Origin: a virus
IMG/VR virus record: IMGVR_UViG_3300007722_000005
Span: 1 to 64,000 of that record
Strand: one strand, 5' to 3'
Length of the DNA stretch: 64,000 nucleotides
Positions 19,613-29,333 of the stretch are shown one piece after another; the first letter of the stretch is position 1, and each line of letters starts with the position of its first letter. A model generated the notes under the pieces. The model ran no database searches. It was given only the letters and a program-made list of their open reading frames with translations, and was not told the DNA's origin. The translations under genes and the position numbers were made by a program.

Positions 19613-20043
19613 TGCTCGTCAACCGGTTTTTCAGCTGCCATATTTAGGGCATCAACAAAAGGTTGAGGAATTGGGCATGTGTTATCATATATCCTAACTT
19701 CACGGTCAACATATTCAATAACCTTCTGTGCCTTCTTTTGAATTGCCCGATCGCGATACACTATCCTCTCTACAACCTCTCTGGTAATCACAGCACTTCT
19801 TGCTTCAGCTTTAGACAGTTTCACTTCGAGAGCAGCCACGCGCTGTTTCCACACCCTTTCATTACTTATTCCACCTTCAATCCACAATGCAAAACACACT
19901 ACGATTGTAGCAATAATTCGAATCGGAAGCGTGTAGTGTTCAAATATCTTGAACGAGAATAATGATGTCGCGACGAGAGCAGCAATCCCGACAACCAAAA
20001 CGAAATGGATCAAATACTCTGGTATAAACGAAAGGATCCACAT
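19609..20043 (-). CDS. i-spanin-like protein
   Basis: N-terminal TMs, coiled coil, C-terminal Cys; overlaps o-spanin start. Confidence 0.7.
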   Translation of the reverse strand: MWILSFIPEYLIHFVLVVGIAALVATSLFSFKIFEHYTLPIRIIATIVVCFALWIEGGISNERVWKQRVAALEVKLSKAEARSAVITREVVERIVYRDRAIQKKAQKVIEYVDREVRIYDNTCPIPQPFVDALNMAAEKPVDEQ

Positions 20044-20564
20044 TACACTAAACCTTTTCTCTTCCACATATCAACAAGTCTCTTCTTGCGTTTGACAAGT
20101 ACTGTTGGGTTGACTGGTTCTGTGCCAGCAATCGCATTACCGCCAGCATTGGCCGCGACAGGCCCCTCTTCTCTTAATTGTTTCCAGTGAGGGACAAAAG
20201 CTTCTGTTAGTATTCTGTCGTTTGTGCAGTCAATATTTTTATGTTCCTTGAATAGGAATACAGCAGCAGCAACTGACGCCAATCGCGTCGACCCACCAGG
20301 TAGTTTTGCGAGAATTTTCTTGAGGTTAGAGCAGACAATATCGTAGTACCCCCACGCGGTTTGTTCTTTGGTGCCGAGAGACGACTTTTTCTTTAACACC
20401 TTACCTTTATCGTCGATAATGCCAAGCTCATAAGCAGGCCATTTTTTAAAAGGTGTTGTGATTCTTTTCATGAACTGGTAGACGAGGTACATATCAACAA
20501 ACTGGTTAGTCCCACTAACCTTTTTGTTGCTCATTGAGCTGATTTGGGAAATAGGGATGCGCAT
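20043..20564 (-). CDS. Conserved T4-like late protein
   Basis: TPFKKWPAYELGIIDDKG motif. Confidence 0.65.
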   Translation of the reverse strand: MRIPISQISSMSNKKVSGTNQFVDMYLVYQFMKRITTPFKKWPAYELGIIDDKGKVLKKKSSLGTKEQTAWGYYDIVCSNLKKILAKLPGGSTRLASVAAAVFLFKEHKNIDCTNDRILTEAFVPHWKQLREEGPVAANAGGNAIAGTEPVNPTVLVKRKKRLVDMWKRKGLV

Positions 20565-20956
20565 TAAATTTTCCTCAGTGCCTCTTCTATTACTTTATTT
20601 GAGGGAATCCCCTCCGTAAAGATTGTCTCGTTTGATATCCCTATACATTCAACAGTTACCGGCAACGTGCCGAGAAGTGAAAGAAAAGGTTTAAGCAAAT
20701 GGTATTGTCCATTAAGTTTAACAAACAACATTCTCGTCGTTTGCTCTACACCGAAAACATTATACAACACAGTCAAGTGGTTGAGAATTAATCGCTCTTT
20801 CAAATCACCCGTTTCAACAAATTTGTTAAAAAGTCTTTTAATATATTTGAACCTACTCAAATCTTCATAAAATTCTACAGTATCACAACACATTGAATTG
20901 TTGTAATGTTTTGCAGCGTATAATAAAATATTACTCTCGTCAAGTTTTACAGTCAT
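20564..20956 (-). CDS. Conserved T4-like hypothetical protein
   Basis: EFYEDLSRFKYIKRL...ERLILNH motif. Confidence 0.7.
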   Translation of the reverse strand: MTVKLDESNILLYAAKHYNNSMCCDTVEFYEDLSRFKYIKRLFNKFVETGDLKERLILNHLTVLYNVFGVEQTTRMLFVKLNGQYHLLKPFLSLLGTLPVTVECIGISNETIFTEGIPSNKVIEEALRKI

Positions 20957-21282
20957 TAGAATGAATTCAGCGGTAACCTTTTGATTGTGTTGTTTGATGT
21001 TGCAATATACAAATAACTGTCATCATAAAACATTGTCCCGCGCGCAATTGTTATTCCACTATTAGCGGGCGTTCTTTTGTCTGTTGAAATTAGCGTCGGC
21101 ACTTCAAGTACCGAGTTATTAGATAAAACAACGTTAGCATTTATTTTACCAAAAAGGTTGGCAACTGTGATTGAATTAGCGACAGGGGTGCCGGCCGGAT
21201 CCTCTACAACGTAGAGGATCGCTGTGCTGGCTATATTACTGGTCCCTAAAAGAACAGTAAGTTTTTTACCGTCAACTGCCAT
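20956..21282 (-). CDS. Putative virion structural protein
   Basis: YDDSYLYIAT motif seen in tail fibre/head-decoration proteins. Confidence 0.55.
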   Translation of the reverse strand: MAVDGKKLTVLLGTSNIASTAILYVVEDPAGTPVANSITVANLFGKINANVVLSNNSVLEVPTLISTDKRTPANSGITIARGTMFYDDSYLYIATSNNTIKRLPLNSF

Positions 21283-21284
21283 GA

Positions 21285-22106
21285 TTATGAGTCAGGGAAG
21301 ATTGTATCGTCAGACGCGTCAGAAAGCACTTCACGCATTGCAACGAGACATTCATTCTGAACACGACCAGCACGCCCACCCGAACCAACTGTACGTAGGT
21401 TCCAACCTGGTGTTACTCCTTTTGTGCGCGCGCCACTAACAACGGCAGCAGCGGTTGCTGTTTCACCTGTCAACGAATGACCATTTTCCGACGTACCCTT
21501 AGTCAGCGCAATTGCGGCGCCACCACGCGCTACCGAAAGGTAGACACCAGTTGTGTTTGCTGCCTGAACGTAGTAAGAGGTGCCAGAGGTCAATTGAGCA
21601 AGTGCTGTGTTACCTGATGATACTGTATACAACAGATAGTCACCAACAGCAAACACAGGAGTCGTCAATGTGATGAAACCGTTTGCTGCAACAGCTGTAT
21701 TAGCGATGAATGATTTTGCCGATGGTGCAGCAATTACAACATCTGGGCTTGATTCGTATGACGAACCAGCAGCTGTGATTGTCAAGTTAGCAATTTTACC
21801 AACTGAATTTGCACCACTATCAGCAGTCGCACTTGCACCACCACCACCAGTCAACGTAACAACTGCGTTGGCAGTGTAACCAGAACCAGACGACAGAATT
21901 TCGAGGGCGACGACATTACCACTCGATACACCCGCTTCTGCTGCGTCAACACAAAATTGGCCAACAGTAGCACCAGAAACGATTGCGTTCGGTGTTACGT
22001 TACCAAACAGTACAGATTGGTTACCTGAATTTTGTGTTAAGTTAACTTGTGATAGTGCGTATGCTGGTGTGTTAGCTGCATTATCAGTCTTTCCCCATAG
22101 TGCCAT
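21285..22106 (-). CDS. Putative virion structural protein
   Basis: MALWGKTD...GGRAGRVQNECLVAM; A/G/T/S-rich. Confidence 0.65.
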   Translation of the reverse strand: MALWGKTDNAANTPAYALSQVNLTQNSGNQSVLFGNVTPNAIVSGATVGQFCVDAAEAGVSSGNVVALEILSSGSGYTANAVVTLTGGGGASATADSGANSVGKIANLTITAAGSSYESSPDVVIAAPSAKSFIANTAVAANGFITLTTPVFAVGDYLLYTVSSGNTALAQLTSGTSYYVQAANTTGVYLSVARGGAAIALTKGTSENGHSLTGETATAAAVVSGARTKGVTPGWNLRTVGSGGRAGRVQNECLVAMREVLSDASDDTIFPDS

Positions 22107-22123
22107 AGTAGTACTCCTTTGTT

Positions 22124-22747
22124 TTATTTATTCTGTTGGTGGACAATTGAATCGGTAACTGTTTCAAGAACAAACAATTCGTCATCGGTGAAATCTTCTG
22201 ATATATCGATATTATCTACATTCGTTAGTAGGTTGTCGATGTACTGTTTAACCGTCATTGTTTCTTCGCCAACAGCTTGCATTCTCTTTGCAGCCATTTT
22301 ATAAAGATGTTTTTGCATCATATCCATCGATGTTTGATCTTTGTTTTGCTTTGCGACTGCATATGCAGTAGACAATTGCTTCATGATTTTGCCGTGGCGA
22401 TCTTGAAAGCTCAGCTTCTTTTTCTCCGCGGCTTGTTGAGCCTGTATATTAGCAACAGATTGTAGCTCATCAATTTGCTCAACATGGTAAGGATCACCTT
22501 CGTTATGCTCACCAGAAAGTTTGTAAACTTTCGTTGCGTTACTTCCGTGTGTGTATGTTCCAATCAACTTCTTAGCTTCGTCGATCTGTTCTGGCGCCTT
22601 TTTTGGTTTATTTGCAAGGGCTGCCTTTTCCATCAATTCCGCTTCAAGAGCGTTACGAGCCATCGGACCTTTTGCGGACGCTTCACGAACAGCATTCAAC
22701 AAGCTGTCGGAAAATCCGTTATTTTTCTTTGAAAATAAAAATGTCAT
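22124..22747 (-). CDS. Hypothetical late (possible internal head) protein
   Basis: Repeated EQIDE motifs resembling gp21 cleavage sites. Confidence 0.5.
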   Translation of the reverse strand: MTFLFSKKNNGFSDSLLNAVREASAKGPMARNALEAELMEKAALANKPKKAPEQIDEAKKLIGTYTHGSNATKVYKLSGEHNEGDPYHVEQIDELQSVANIQAQQAAEKKKLSFQDRHGKIMKQLSTAYAVAKQNKDQTSMDMMQKHLYKMAAKRMQAVGEETMTVKQYIDNLLTNVDNIDISEDFTDDELFVLETVTDSIVHQQNK

Positions 22748-22938
22748 GTTAGTCCTCGTCCCTTATGAATTTGAATCAACTCGTCGACCATGTTAGAAAG
22801 CTCCTTATCACCCTTGTATTTAGCTTTAACTTTATCACCAATCACCGTGATTCTACCAGTAGAGTCCATCGCACCGCGCAGGAGTTTCTTCTCCCCGAGG
22901 AGCATGTATATTGCGGTTTTTCCGAGACTTTTACTCAT
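22744..22938 (-). CDS. Hypothetical protein
   Basis: ORF in late operon. Confidence 0.45.
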   Translation of the reverse strand: MSKSLGKTAIYMLLGEKKLLRGAMDSTGRITVIGDKVKAKYKGDKELSNMVDELIQIHKGRGLT

Positions 22939-22959
22939 TTGTGTCCTTTTAACAGGTAT

Positions 22960-23808
22960 TTAGGTGTTTTTAGTATTCGCTTGTGATCGTTCTGCTGGAG
23001 TTGGGATTCTTGGCCAAGGTTTCTTCTGATCCTTGAGCCGTTTGAATGCCCGCATCAACTTGCCAACGCTCTTACTTTCTGTTATACCACCTTTATCTGC
23101 CTTCGTCCAATGCACATTTCCTGTCCCCTTGCAATAATTGCAATCGTCCTTTGTTTTTGGTTCATTCTTGCATTCGGGACATATCCTGTGATTTGAAGCT
23201 AGTCGTGGCGAGTAAAATACATTATTTGCTTCGATAACACAAACGTCGTACGCTTTTTCAGCGAGGTCGTTTATTTTGTCAGTCTTAACACGCATTATTG
23301 AATTCGTTATTGGACGGTAGTTGTACTTCGAACTCCGGCGGCCAGCGGCAAGGCGGGCGCCTTCTGCTTGTTTGACTCTTGGAAGAAGTCGGTCAGCTAC
23401 GCGATTAATCGCTCCTTGCTTCTTACTAATAATCCTATCGACAACAATCTTGTCTGATGGGCCGAGTTTTTGATAATTTGAACCCAACTTACCAGCATAC
23501 CGGCGGCGCATATAGTTGCGCGCAAGGTTGCGTGTCCTCTTCTTGAGGTTCTTCTTATTTGCAAATCTATTCAGCGCAAGCTGTCTTCCTTTTTTGATCT
23601 TTGGAAGACGGCGGCGAATGCTAATAGCACGCTTACGACGCTCTTGATACGTAAGAACGCGGGACTCTCTTACACCCTTTGTTGGCTCGACGACAACCTC
23701 GTCTCCATCTTTGTTGAGGATAACTTTCTTCTTGCTACCCTTCATTATGATCGGCTTTTCGTCGGGCGACATTTGTTTGTCGGGTGTCATTTCACCAGCT
23801 GGTTTCAT
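22960..23808 (-). CDS. Highly basic protein with CxxC-CxxCxGxG zinc motif
   Basis: R/K-rich; CPEC...CNYCKGTG. Confidence 0.6.
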   Translation of the reverse strand: MKPAGEMTPDKQMSPDEKPIIMKGSKKKVILNKDGDEVVVEPTKGVRESRVLTYQERRKRAISIRRRLPKIKKGRQLALNRFANKKNLKKRTRNLARNYMRRRYAGKLGSNYQKLGPSDKIVVDRIISKKQGAINRVADRLLPRVKQAEGARLAAGRRSSKYNYRPITNSIMRVKTDKINDLAEKAYDVCVIEANNVFYSPRLASNHRICPECKNEPKTKDDCNYCKGTGNVHWTKADKGGITESKSVGKLMRAFKRLKDQKKPWPRIPTPAERSQANTKNT

Positions 23809-24398
23809 TTTTTAAGGTTCCCTTTTACGTCGTGGAATAGGTCTTTTGCGTGCCCCTCATTCTTCTTCAGCGCAGATGGAAGATTTTTCTTGAACGAGTG
23901 GAAGTCGTTGTTGTGTACGTGGTTCCGCATATCTGTTCCCGATACTCCCTTTGATCGCGCACCAGTATTTACCACATTGATTGATTTGAAAGGTTTTTCG
24001 GTTCCTGGACCGTGGTACTTTTTAATCTTTTCCAATTCTCCAGCGCGGTCTTCTCCACCAGCAAGTGTCAGGTGCCTGTAACCTTGATCGTGAAGATGCT
24101 CAACATGTTGATAGATTGAAGGCCGCTCTTTCGACGACATTGTGATGTTCGTGTTGGGGAATGCGCGCTTCAAATGCTTTTCTTTTTGTTGAGGAGAAAG
24201 AGGGTTCTTTTTCGAATCATGTGAGTGTGAAGCGATAACGAGATGATCAGCCCCTACCTTCTTTGCGTGGGCTTTTAATCCGTTGATATTTGCTTCATGC
24301 CCTGATGTAGGAGGGTTCATACGGCCGTAGAGAACAGCAACGTGCTTGTCGTTGTCGTCGCTCGACTCTCGTATGTATTGGAGGAATCTTTTAATCAT
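23805..24398 (-). CDS. Cytidyltransferase-like protein
   Basis: GRMNPPTSGHE, KNPL, GEDR, SGTDMR. Confidence 0.8.
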   Translation of the reverse strand: MIKRFLQYIRESSDDNDKHVAVLYGRMNPPTSGHEANINGLKAHAKKVGADHLVIASHSHDSKKNPLSPQQKEKHLKRAFPNTNITMSSKERPSIYQHVEHLHDQGYRHLTLAGGEDRAGELEKIKKYHGPGTEKPFKSINVVNTGARSKGVSGTDMRNHVHNNDFHSFKKNLPSALKKNEGHAKDLFHDVKGNLKK

Positions 24399-25534
24399 TT
24401 TTGTGGGTACTTTGGGTTGTTAAGAAGAGCGTGAGAGACTTCTTTTGGCACTAATTTGCCAACCGGCCGATGCAATCCTAACCGGTCTTTCTTCAAGAGG
24501 ACAATCCCCTCACCTGGTGAGGGGTTGCCGTCAATCGAAGTTGTAACGTCTGGGTGGTGCACTCCTTTTAAAAGGTGCTCAGTAGCTTGCCCCAAATGGT
24601 GTTGAATGACGAGCGATCTATTAAAATGTTCCGCGTGTTTGTCAACGTGACCCGAATGAGAAGCAAACGTGCTGAGTTTTCTTTGTTGCCCAGCAACGGT
24701 AGAAAGTTTGCTGGCCTCTTTTTTACCAACAGCAGAGAGATGTTTTTTGTATCCCTCAGTAGATGGATCACCTCCTTCCCTTGTTGTATTGTTCAGGTAG
24801 GACGTCAAGTGCTTTGTATGATCTGGTGTTAAGTGGTTTGTTGTGTGTTTGCTTAGAAGCTCCTTTGCAGACGAAAGATGTTTTTCTACAGCTTCGCGAT
24901 CCTTTGGTTTATACGTGCTTGGGTCAGGTTTGTATTCTGATTGTGTTGTGAAAATATCTTTGTGGCGCTTGGTTGCTTCTGGTGTGATAGCGTGCGCAAT
25001 CCCCTGTGTTATTTCAGTATGAGCTGCAAGTCCTACCTTTGCTTTTGTATCCATCCCATATTCAATACGATTAGGGGTAGCTGATGCTACTCCTTTTGAT
25101 AGCGTAGGCTTTTCGTGTTCATTATATAGTAGGTCTCCTTGGACTGTGTGCCCAGGATTAACGAGCTTGTGACCATGCGACAAAACGTTTTTTAACGTTG
25201 CTGCGTATTGAGGGGCATGCCCGAAATGATGATCAACTTCTTCTGGAGAGCGCGCTTTGACACCACGTGAGAATCGATGTTTATCAGAAACAAAAGGACC
25301 TTGATGGTCGTGGCCAATGACAACCGAAGCGCCGCCGTCGACCTTTAGTTGTCCTCGAACCCCACTCGGTTCTCCCATTCTGTGCTTATGGAAATCCTGC
25401 ATGAGGCTCAGAGCATGATTGCCACCCGAATCAGGCAGTTCGTGTGGGAGATCTTTCACGTGCGTCAAATGCCCGAGTAGCTCAGCATCGATCGACGTCT
25501 TGGCTTCTGTTAGAAAATTGTTGAACTTAATCAT
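24395..25534 (-). CDS. Conserved T4-like protein with nucleotidyltransferase-like motifs
   Basis: KVDG, QGDLL, EGIV; N-terminal FNNFLTE. Confidence 0.6.
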   Translation of the reverse strand: MIKFNNFLTEAKTSIDAELLGHLTHVKDLPHELPDSGGNHALSLMQDFHKHRMGEPSGVRGQLKVDGGASVVIGHDHQGPFVSDKHRFSRGVKARSPEEVDHHFGHAPQYAATLKNVLSHGHKLVNPGHTVQGDLLYNEHEKPTLSKGVASATPNRIEYGMDTKAKVGLAAHTEITQGIAHAITPEATKRHKDIFTTQSEYKPDPSTYKPKDREAVEKHLSSAKELLSKHTTNHLTPDHTKHLTSYLNNTTREGGDPSTEGYKKHLSAVGKKEASKLSTVAGQQRKLSTFASHSGHVDKHAEHFNRSLVIQHHLGQATEHLLKGVHHPDVTTSIDGNPSPGEGIVLLKKDRLGLHRPVGKLVPKEVSHALLNNPKYPQK

Positions 25535-26574
25535 TTTGTTGCCTTTGTTAGACTTGCCCCTGGCTTTGATCCGTTGTATGGAGTGTGTGGTGATGAGCCC
25601 AAACTCTTTGATCTAAACTCGAGCGAAGCTAATTTATGTGTTGCTCCTTTAGAATCAGTGCCGTGAAAGTGTATTCTATTTTTGTCAACGGTCGTGTGCA
25701 CTTTATTCATTGAATCAACGAATTTGTTTGCCTTCGAGTCGTAATCAGAAATATGCGTCTTACCTTTTTCGTGATGAACTTTGAGAGTTTCAATTGATTT
25801 ATTGCCGCTACCAACAAGCGATTTAACAGCCTTCTTCATATTAGGGGTGCTCGTTTTGCTAAAATGTTCGTGGTGATGATTAGCCAGCGCGACACCACGA
25901 TCGCGGGCGATACTTTTCGCTTGGTTGTGCACTTCTATGTCAGCGGGCTTTGTAGACGACCTCAAGACCCGGAAGTGGTCTGCTTTCGCTTTGCTCGTCA
26001 TACCACTAAAACCTGGCTTTGATTTCTCCATATGCTTGTCTAGTTTTGCGTTAAACGTTTTAATTGTGCTCACTCCATCAGATCCACCGTGCATCTTAGC
26101 TAACGTCTTGTGCCCCGGTGTCATCGTCGAGTGGCTTTCTTTTTTACTGCTGACGCCAACATGCTTAACATCGCCGGTTTTTGGATGTTTAAGTGACACG
26201 ACGTAATCGGCGTTATCGTCAACCGTTTGTTGCTTTTTTGAATTGTGGGCATCGTGGAATTTTTGGATATCTTTTTTTTCAGAAGTCCAGTGTACTTTGC
26301 TGATTTTGTATTCAGGATGTGTTTTTTTCAAATGGTCTTTTAATGCTCCAGCTGCGTGAGTTCCAGCAGCTTTTGATTCAATATGATCTTGGGGAGCCAT
26401 TGACTTTTGAACATGCACAGCAGCTTCCGAAGGAGATTTTCCTTCCTTTGTACGGAAATTATCAGGAGGTGATCCTGTCAGCGCATGCATCGTGTGTAGT
26501 TCGAACGCAACGCCACCATGCGCGCCTTTTGCACCTTGTTTACTCTCAACCAAAAAAGATCTGAAGTTTATCAT
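25531..26574 (-). CDS. His/Lys-rich late protein (possible PD-(D/E)XK fold)
   Basis: FE...AD...GVSSK; N-terminal FRSFLVE; late promoter upstream. Confidence 0.5.
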   Translation of the reverse strand: MINFRSFLVESKQGAKGAHGGVAFELHTMHALTGSPPDNFRTKEGKSPSEAAVHVQKSMAPQDHIESKAAGTHAAGALKDHLKKTHPEYKISKVHWTSEKKDIQKFHDAHNSKKQQTVDDNADYVVSLKHPKTGDVKHVGVSSKKESHSTMTPGHKTLAKMHGGSDGVSTIKTFNAKLDKHMEKSKPGFSGMTSKAKADHFRVLRSSTKPADIEVHNQAKSIARDRGVALANHHHEHFSKTSTPNMKKAVKSLVGSGNKSIETLKVHHEKGKTHISDYDSKANKFVDSMNKVHTTVDKNRIHFHGTDSKGATHKLASLEFRSKSLGSSPHTPYNGSKPGASLTKATK

Positions 26575-26600
26575 AATTACCTCTATTATTTGTTCAGAAG

Positions 26601-26608
26601 TATTTATA
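26601..26608 (-). promoter_or_regulatory. T4-type late promoter TATAAATA
   Basis: Exact consensus upstream of the late operon. Confidence 0.8.
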
Positions 26609-26612
26609 AAAT

Positions 26613-26639
26613 AAAAAAAGCCCGCGGTTGCGGGCTTTT
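26613..26639 (-). terminator. Intrinsic terminator (possibly bidirectional)
   Basis: AAAAGCCCGC AACC GCGGGC TTTTTTT. Confidence 0.85.
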
Positions 26640-26651
26640 AAGTCAGCTGTA

Positions 26652-26867
26652 TTACTTTTTTACTACACTGTCAATGAATTTGTTTGCTGTTTTTTCGTTT
26701 AAAAAGAACCGAGTATGACCTTCTTGTGTTACATCGTTCCACATAACAATACAGTATGTGTCAAAACTCGACAAGCTCCCTTTGAGGCGCCAGTTACCAA
26801 ATTCAATAACGTCTGATGTTAATAGTGTCCAGATACTCTTGTTTAGAGGTAGTGAGGGCGTTGGCAT
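26652..26867 (-). CDS. Hypothetical protein
   Basis: SD AGGAGG. Confidence 0.55.
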   Translation of the reverse strand: MPTPSLPLNKSIWTLLTSDVIEFGNWRLKGSLSSFDTYCIVMWNDVTQEGHTRFFLNEKTANKFIDSVVKK

Positions 26868-26882
26868 AGTGCCTCCTTTTCA

Positions 26883-27413
26883 TTATTTAGTCAATCTCAA
26901 ATCAGGCAGTGCCTCTTTCAAAAAGTTCCTTACTTGACAATTGCTCATGTCACCAAGATCTTTACCGAAATCGCATACAACGTGTTTTGAGCACGTTTCA
27001 GCTAGTTTTAACCCAGCTTTATCGTTGTCACAAACAGCGACCGTCAAACGTGGTAGACAACCGAGCCACGGTTTGAGTTGCGAGGGGTTATTTGTGAGGA
27101 CAGCGACGGCAGGGACACCGAGATTATGTAGCTTGCATGCGTCGAAAACTCCCTCCACGACGAATAGGACGTCATCGCGATAATCAAACGATTCGAGCCC
27201 CCACACAGCTAGCTTATCTTTGGCATATGTGAAGTATCTTCCGTCTTTGGGGTTGTTGCGAACACTTTTGGGAGCGAACGGCCTGTATTGTTGATACCCA
27301 ACAAGCTGCCCACTGAGGTTGAAAAGGACAAACGAAGCGGTCTCGTCATCCCAACTACAATTGTAGCGTGAAGGATCGAGACCGCGGTCGTGAAGGTGTG
27401 CTTTTACGTCCAT
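26883..27413 (-). CDS. Stand-alone Toprim/primase-like protein lacking a zinc finger
   Basis: VEGVFDA, CDNDKAG, KDLGD. Confidence 0.75.
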   Translation of the reverse strand: MDVKAHLHDRGLDPSRYNCSWDDETASFVLFNLSGQLVGYQQYRPFAPKSVRNNPKDGRYFTYAKDKLAVWGLESFDYRDDVLFVVEGVFDACKLHNLGVPAVAVLTNNPSQLKPWLGCLPRLTVAVCDNDKAGLKLAETCSKHVVCDFGKDLGDMSNCQVRNFLKEALPDLRLTK

Positions 27414-27443
27414 TCTGGTATTATACCAGAATTTCAAAAAAGG

Positions 27444-27707
27444 TCAACCTTCTTTTACGATGTACATAATTGCTGTCGGCGGAATCCAATACATGTTTTC
27501 AGAGAAAAGGTCGTCGACAGCAAGCTCGAGATCTCTTGTCAACCAAAAGCCACTTTGAAATAACTCGATCCCTCTGCGATGCCGCGAATCAGCCAACCAC
27601 ACGGAATATACTTCTCCGCGCATTTTAAAAAAGCATGTGTATCTTGTTTCTTTGGAATTTTTAACATATCCAAAAATTGCCGCGGCACTTTTTTTGAGAA
27701 ATGTCAT
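27444..27707 (-). CDS. Hypothetical protein
   Basis: ORF in operon. Confidence 0.5.
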   Translation of the reverse strand: MTFLKKSAAAIFGYVKNSKETRYTCFFKMRGEVYSVWLADSRHRRGIELFQSGFWLTRDLELAVDDLFSENMYWIPPTAIMYIVKEG

Positions 27708-27949
27708 TTGTTAACACCTATAGCGACGTGTTGATAATAGGTGCCGAAAATAAAATCGAGCTGCACGCGGCACTTGATTACCTCATTTTTTCGTGTGTCA
27801 ATTACGGAGTCTGCTAGTGCCATTCGCGTGAACCTAGACGTACCAGGAAGGGACGCTTCATCGAAATGCTGTTTTGTTTGATAATAAAAATTTAGATCTT
27901 GTTTTTCAAGTAGGAACATAATATAATTACTCCTTAATTGAGGAGACAA
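27704..27949 (-). CDS. Hypothetical protein
   Basis: ORF in operon; start uncertain. Confidence 0.45.
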   Translation of the reverse strand: MSPQLRSNYIMFLLEKQDLNFYYQTKQHFDEASLPGTSRFTRMALADSVIDTRKNEVIKCRVQLDFIFGTYYQHVAIGVNK

Positions 27950-27962
27950 GCGGGTAGTAACC

Positions 27963-28526
27963 CTACGCCGCTCGTCTTACCCTCGAGTGCTTTGGTAAGA
28001 ACCCTACTAAGAACTCCATCTGATCTGCAAGGATGTTGCGGTTTTGCAAGATCAATCCTTCTGCCTTGTCGGGGACGTATGGAACGTACAACAACTGCTT
28101 TCCAAAATCCTTCAAAGACTTGTCGTCCTTTTCACAGTTGCATCTGTAGCAAGCTGTAACGCAGTTCATCCACGTGTTTTCACCACCTTTTGAAACTGGA
28201 ACGATGTGATCACGAGTCAACTTTTCGTCGCCGTGCTGTTTTCCACAGTATCCACAGATGTGGAGGTCGCGACGAAATAGGTTCTTGTTGCTGAGTGTTG
28301 GAGTGCGATCAATGTACTTGAATTTTGACTTCAAAGCAACGATTGATCCAATTTCAACATGCGAACGTTCACCCGTCATTCTTGACGTACCACCTTGAAA
28401 CATAAAATCTTCGTCGCCAAATTCCCACGCGACAAGGCCTTTACATTTCAAAGTCACGGCGTCCTGCCAGTTCATCCAGCTATGTGGCTGACCACCTGCA
28501 TTTACTGCTAAGATAAGGTTATGCAT
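27963..28526 (-). CDS. HNH endonuclease
   Basis: CGYCG...DHIVPVSKGG..W.N.VTACYRCN. Confidence 0.9.
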   Translation of the reverse strand: MHNLILAVNAGGQPHSWMNWQDAVTLKCKGLVAWEFGDEDFMFQGGTSRMTGERSHVEIGSIVALKSKFKYIDRTPTLSNKNLFRRDLHICGYCGKQHGDEKLTRDHIVPVSKGGENTWMNCVTACYRCNCEKDDKSLKDFGKQLLYVPYVPDKAEGLILQNRNILADQMEFLVGFLPKHSRVRRAA

Positions 28527-28541
28527 GTTACACTTCTATAA

Positions 28542-28802
28542 TTAATCGCCGCCTGGGCGGCCGGTAAATTCTTCGTCTGACATTCCACCCCACTCATCAA
28601 ACCCGAGGTCGATGTCCTTATGTTTGTTATTATATACTGAATAACTATTATTGGCAACAACTTTAATTCTCTCGGGTGGCGTCAACGAAAACCCTTGTAT
28701 TGCGTTATTTATCAACCAATTGATGTATCCCATGTCGTTTTTGATAACGTGATCAACAGTTTTACCTTTATATTTCCCAAAACTAAGCCGGCGCTTTTTC
28801 AT
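28542..28802 (-). CDS. Small protein with FGKYKG motif (exonuclease X C-terminal-like)
   Basis: FGKYKGKTV...YINW. Confidence 0.6.
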   Translation of the reverse strand: MKKRRLSFGKYKGKTVDHVIKNDMGYINWLINNAIQGFSLTPPERIKVVANNSYSVYNNKHKDIDLGFDEWGGMSDEEFTGRPGGD

Positions 28803-29124
28803 TAATCTCTAACTCCGCTGTTGTCTCGATCCACAACCGTGCACCACAATTAAGTGGTTTGTTTGGACGGTATACAAACTCCGATGGGCCAAGAATCTTG
28901 ACACCATACCCCTTAATTGGACCTGCCGACGTTTGTATAGTGACCGGCGGGTCATTCTTTCCGTGTTTCAAATTGCTCATAATAACCTTCTTATCAACGT
29001 GTATACGCTTGATCGAAACGTTATCATGTGCCTTCTCGCGTCTTCTGTTATGAACTTCGCGTATAGACGGTTCTGACACTAATTTGAACGCTTTTCTACG
29101 ACTATATACACGCTTCTCGGCCAT
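28783..29124 (-). CDS. Conserved phage hypothetical protein
   Basis: IHV...GPS..VY.P.KPLNCGARLWIET. Confidence 0.6.
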   Translation of the reverse strand: MAEKRVYSRRKAFKLVSEPSIREVHNRRREKAHDNVSIKRIHVDKKVIMSNLKHGKNDPPVTIQTSAGPIKGYGVKILGPSEFVYRPNKPLNCGARLWIETTAELEINEKAPA

Positions 29125-29148
29125 GGTTGTCGTATTGTTTCCTTATAG

Positions 29149-29331
29149 TTAGACTCTCGGGTGGGTGATCTTCGCGAACGTTTCGATACCACGAAGACGC
29201 TCAATTTCATCAGCAGCTTCTTCGAGGATATCTGCAATACGATCTGATTTGCCTTCCTGCACACTTTTGCGGCCGGGAATTTGACGACGGATTTTGGCGC
29301 GTACTCTCAGTCTGGTAATAAGATCGTCCAT
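29149..29331 (-). CDS. Small conserved protein (paralog of 55605-55805)
   Basis: RLR.RA.IRR.IP...DRIADILEEAA. Confidence 0.6.
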   Translation of the reverse strand: MDDLITRLRVRAKIRRQIPGRKSVQEGKSDRIADILEEAADEIERLRGIETFAKITHPRV

Positions 29332-29333
29332 AA

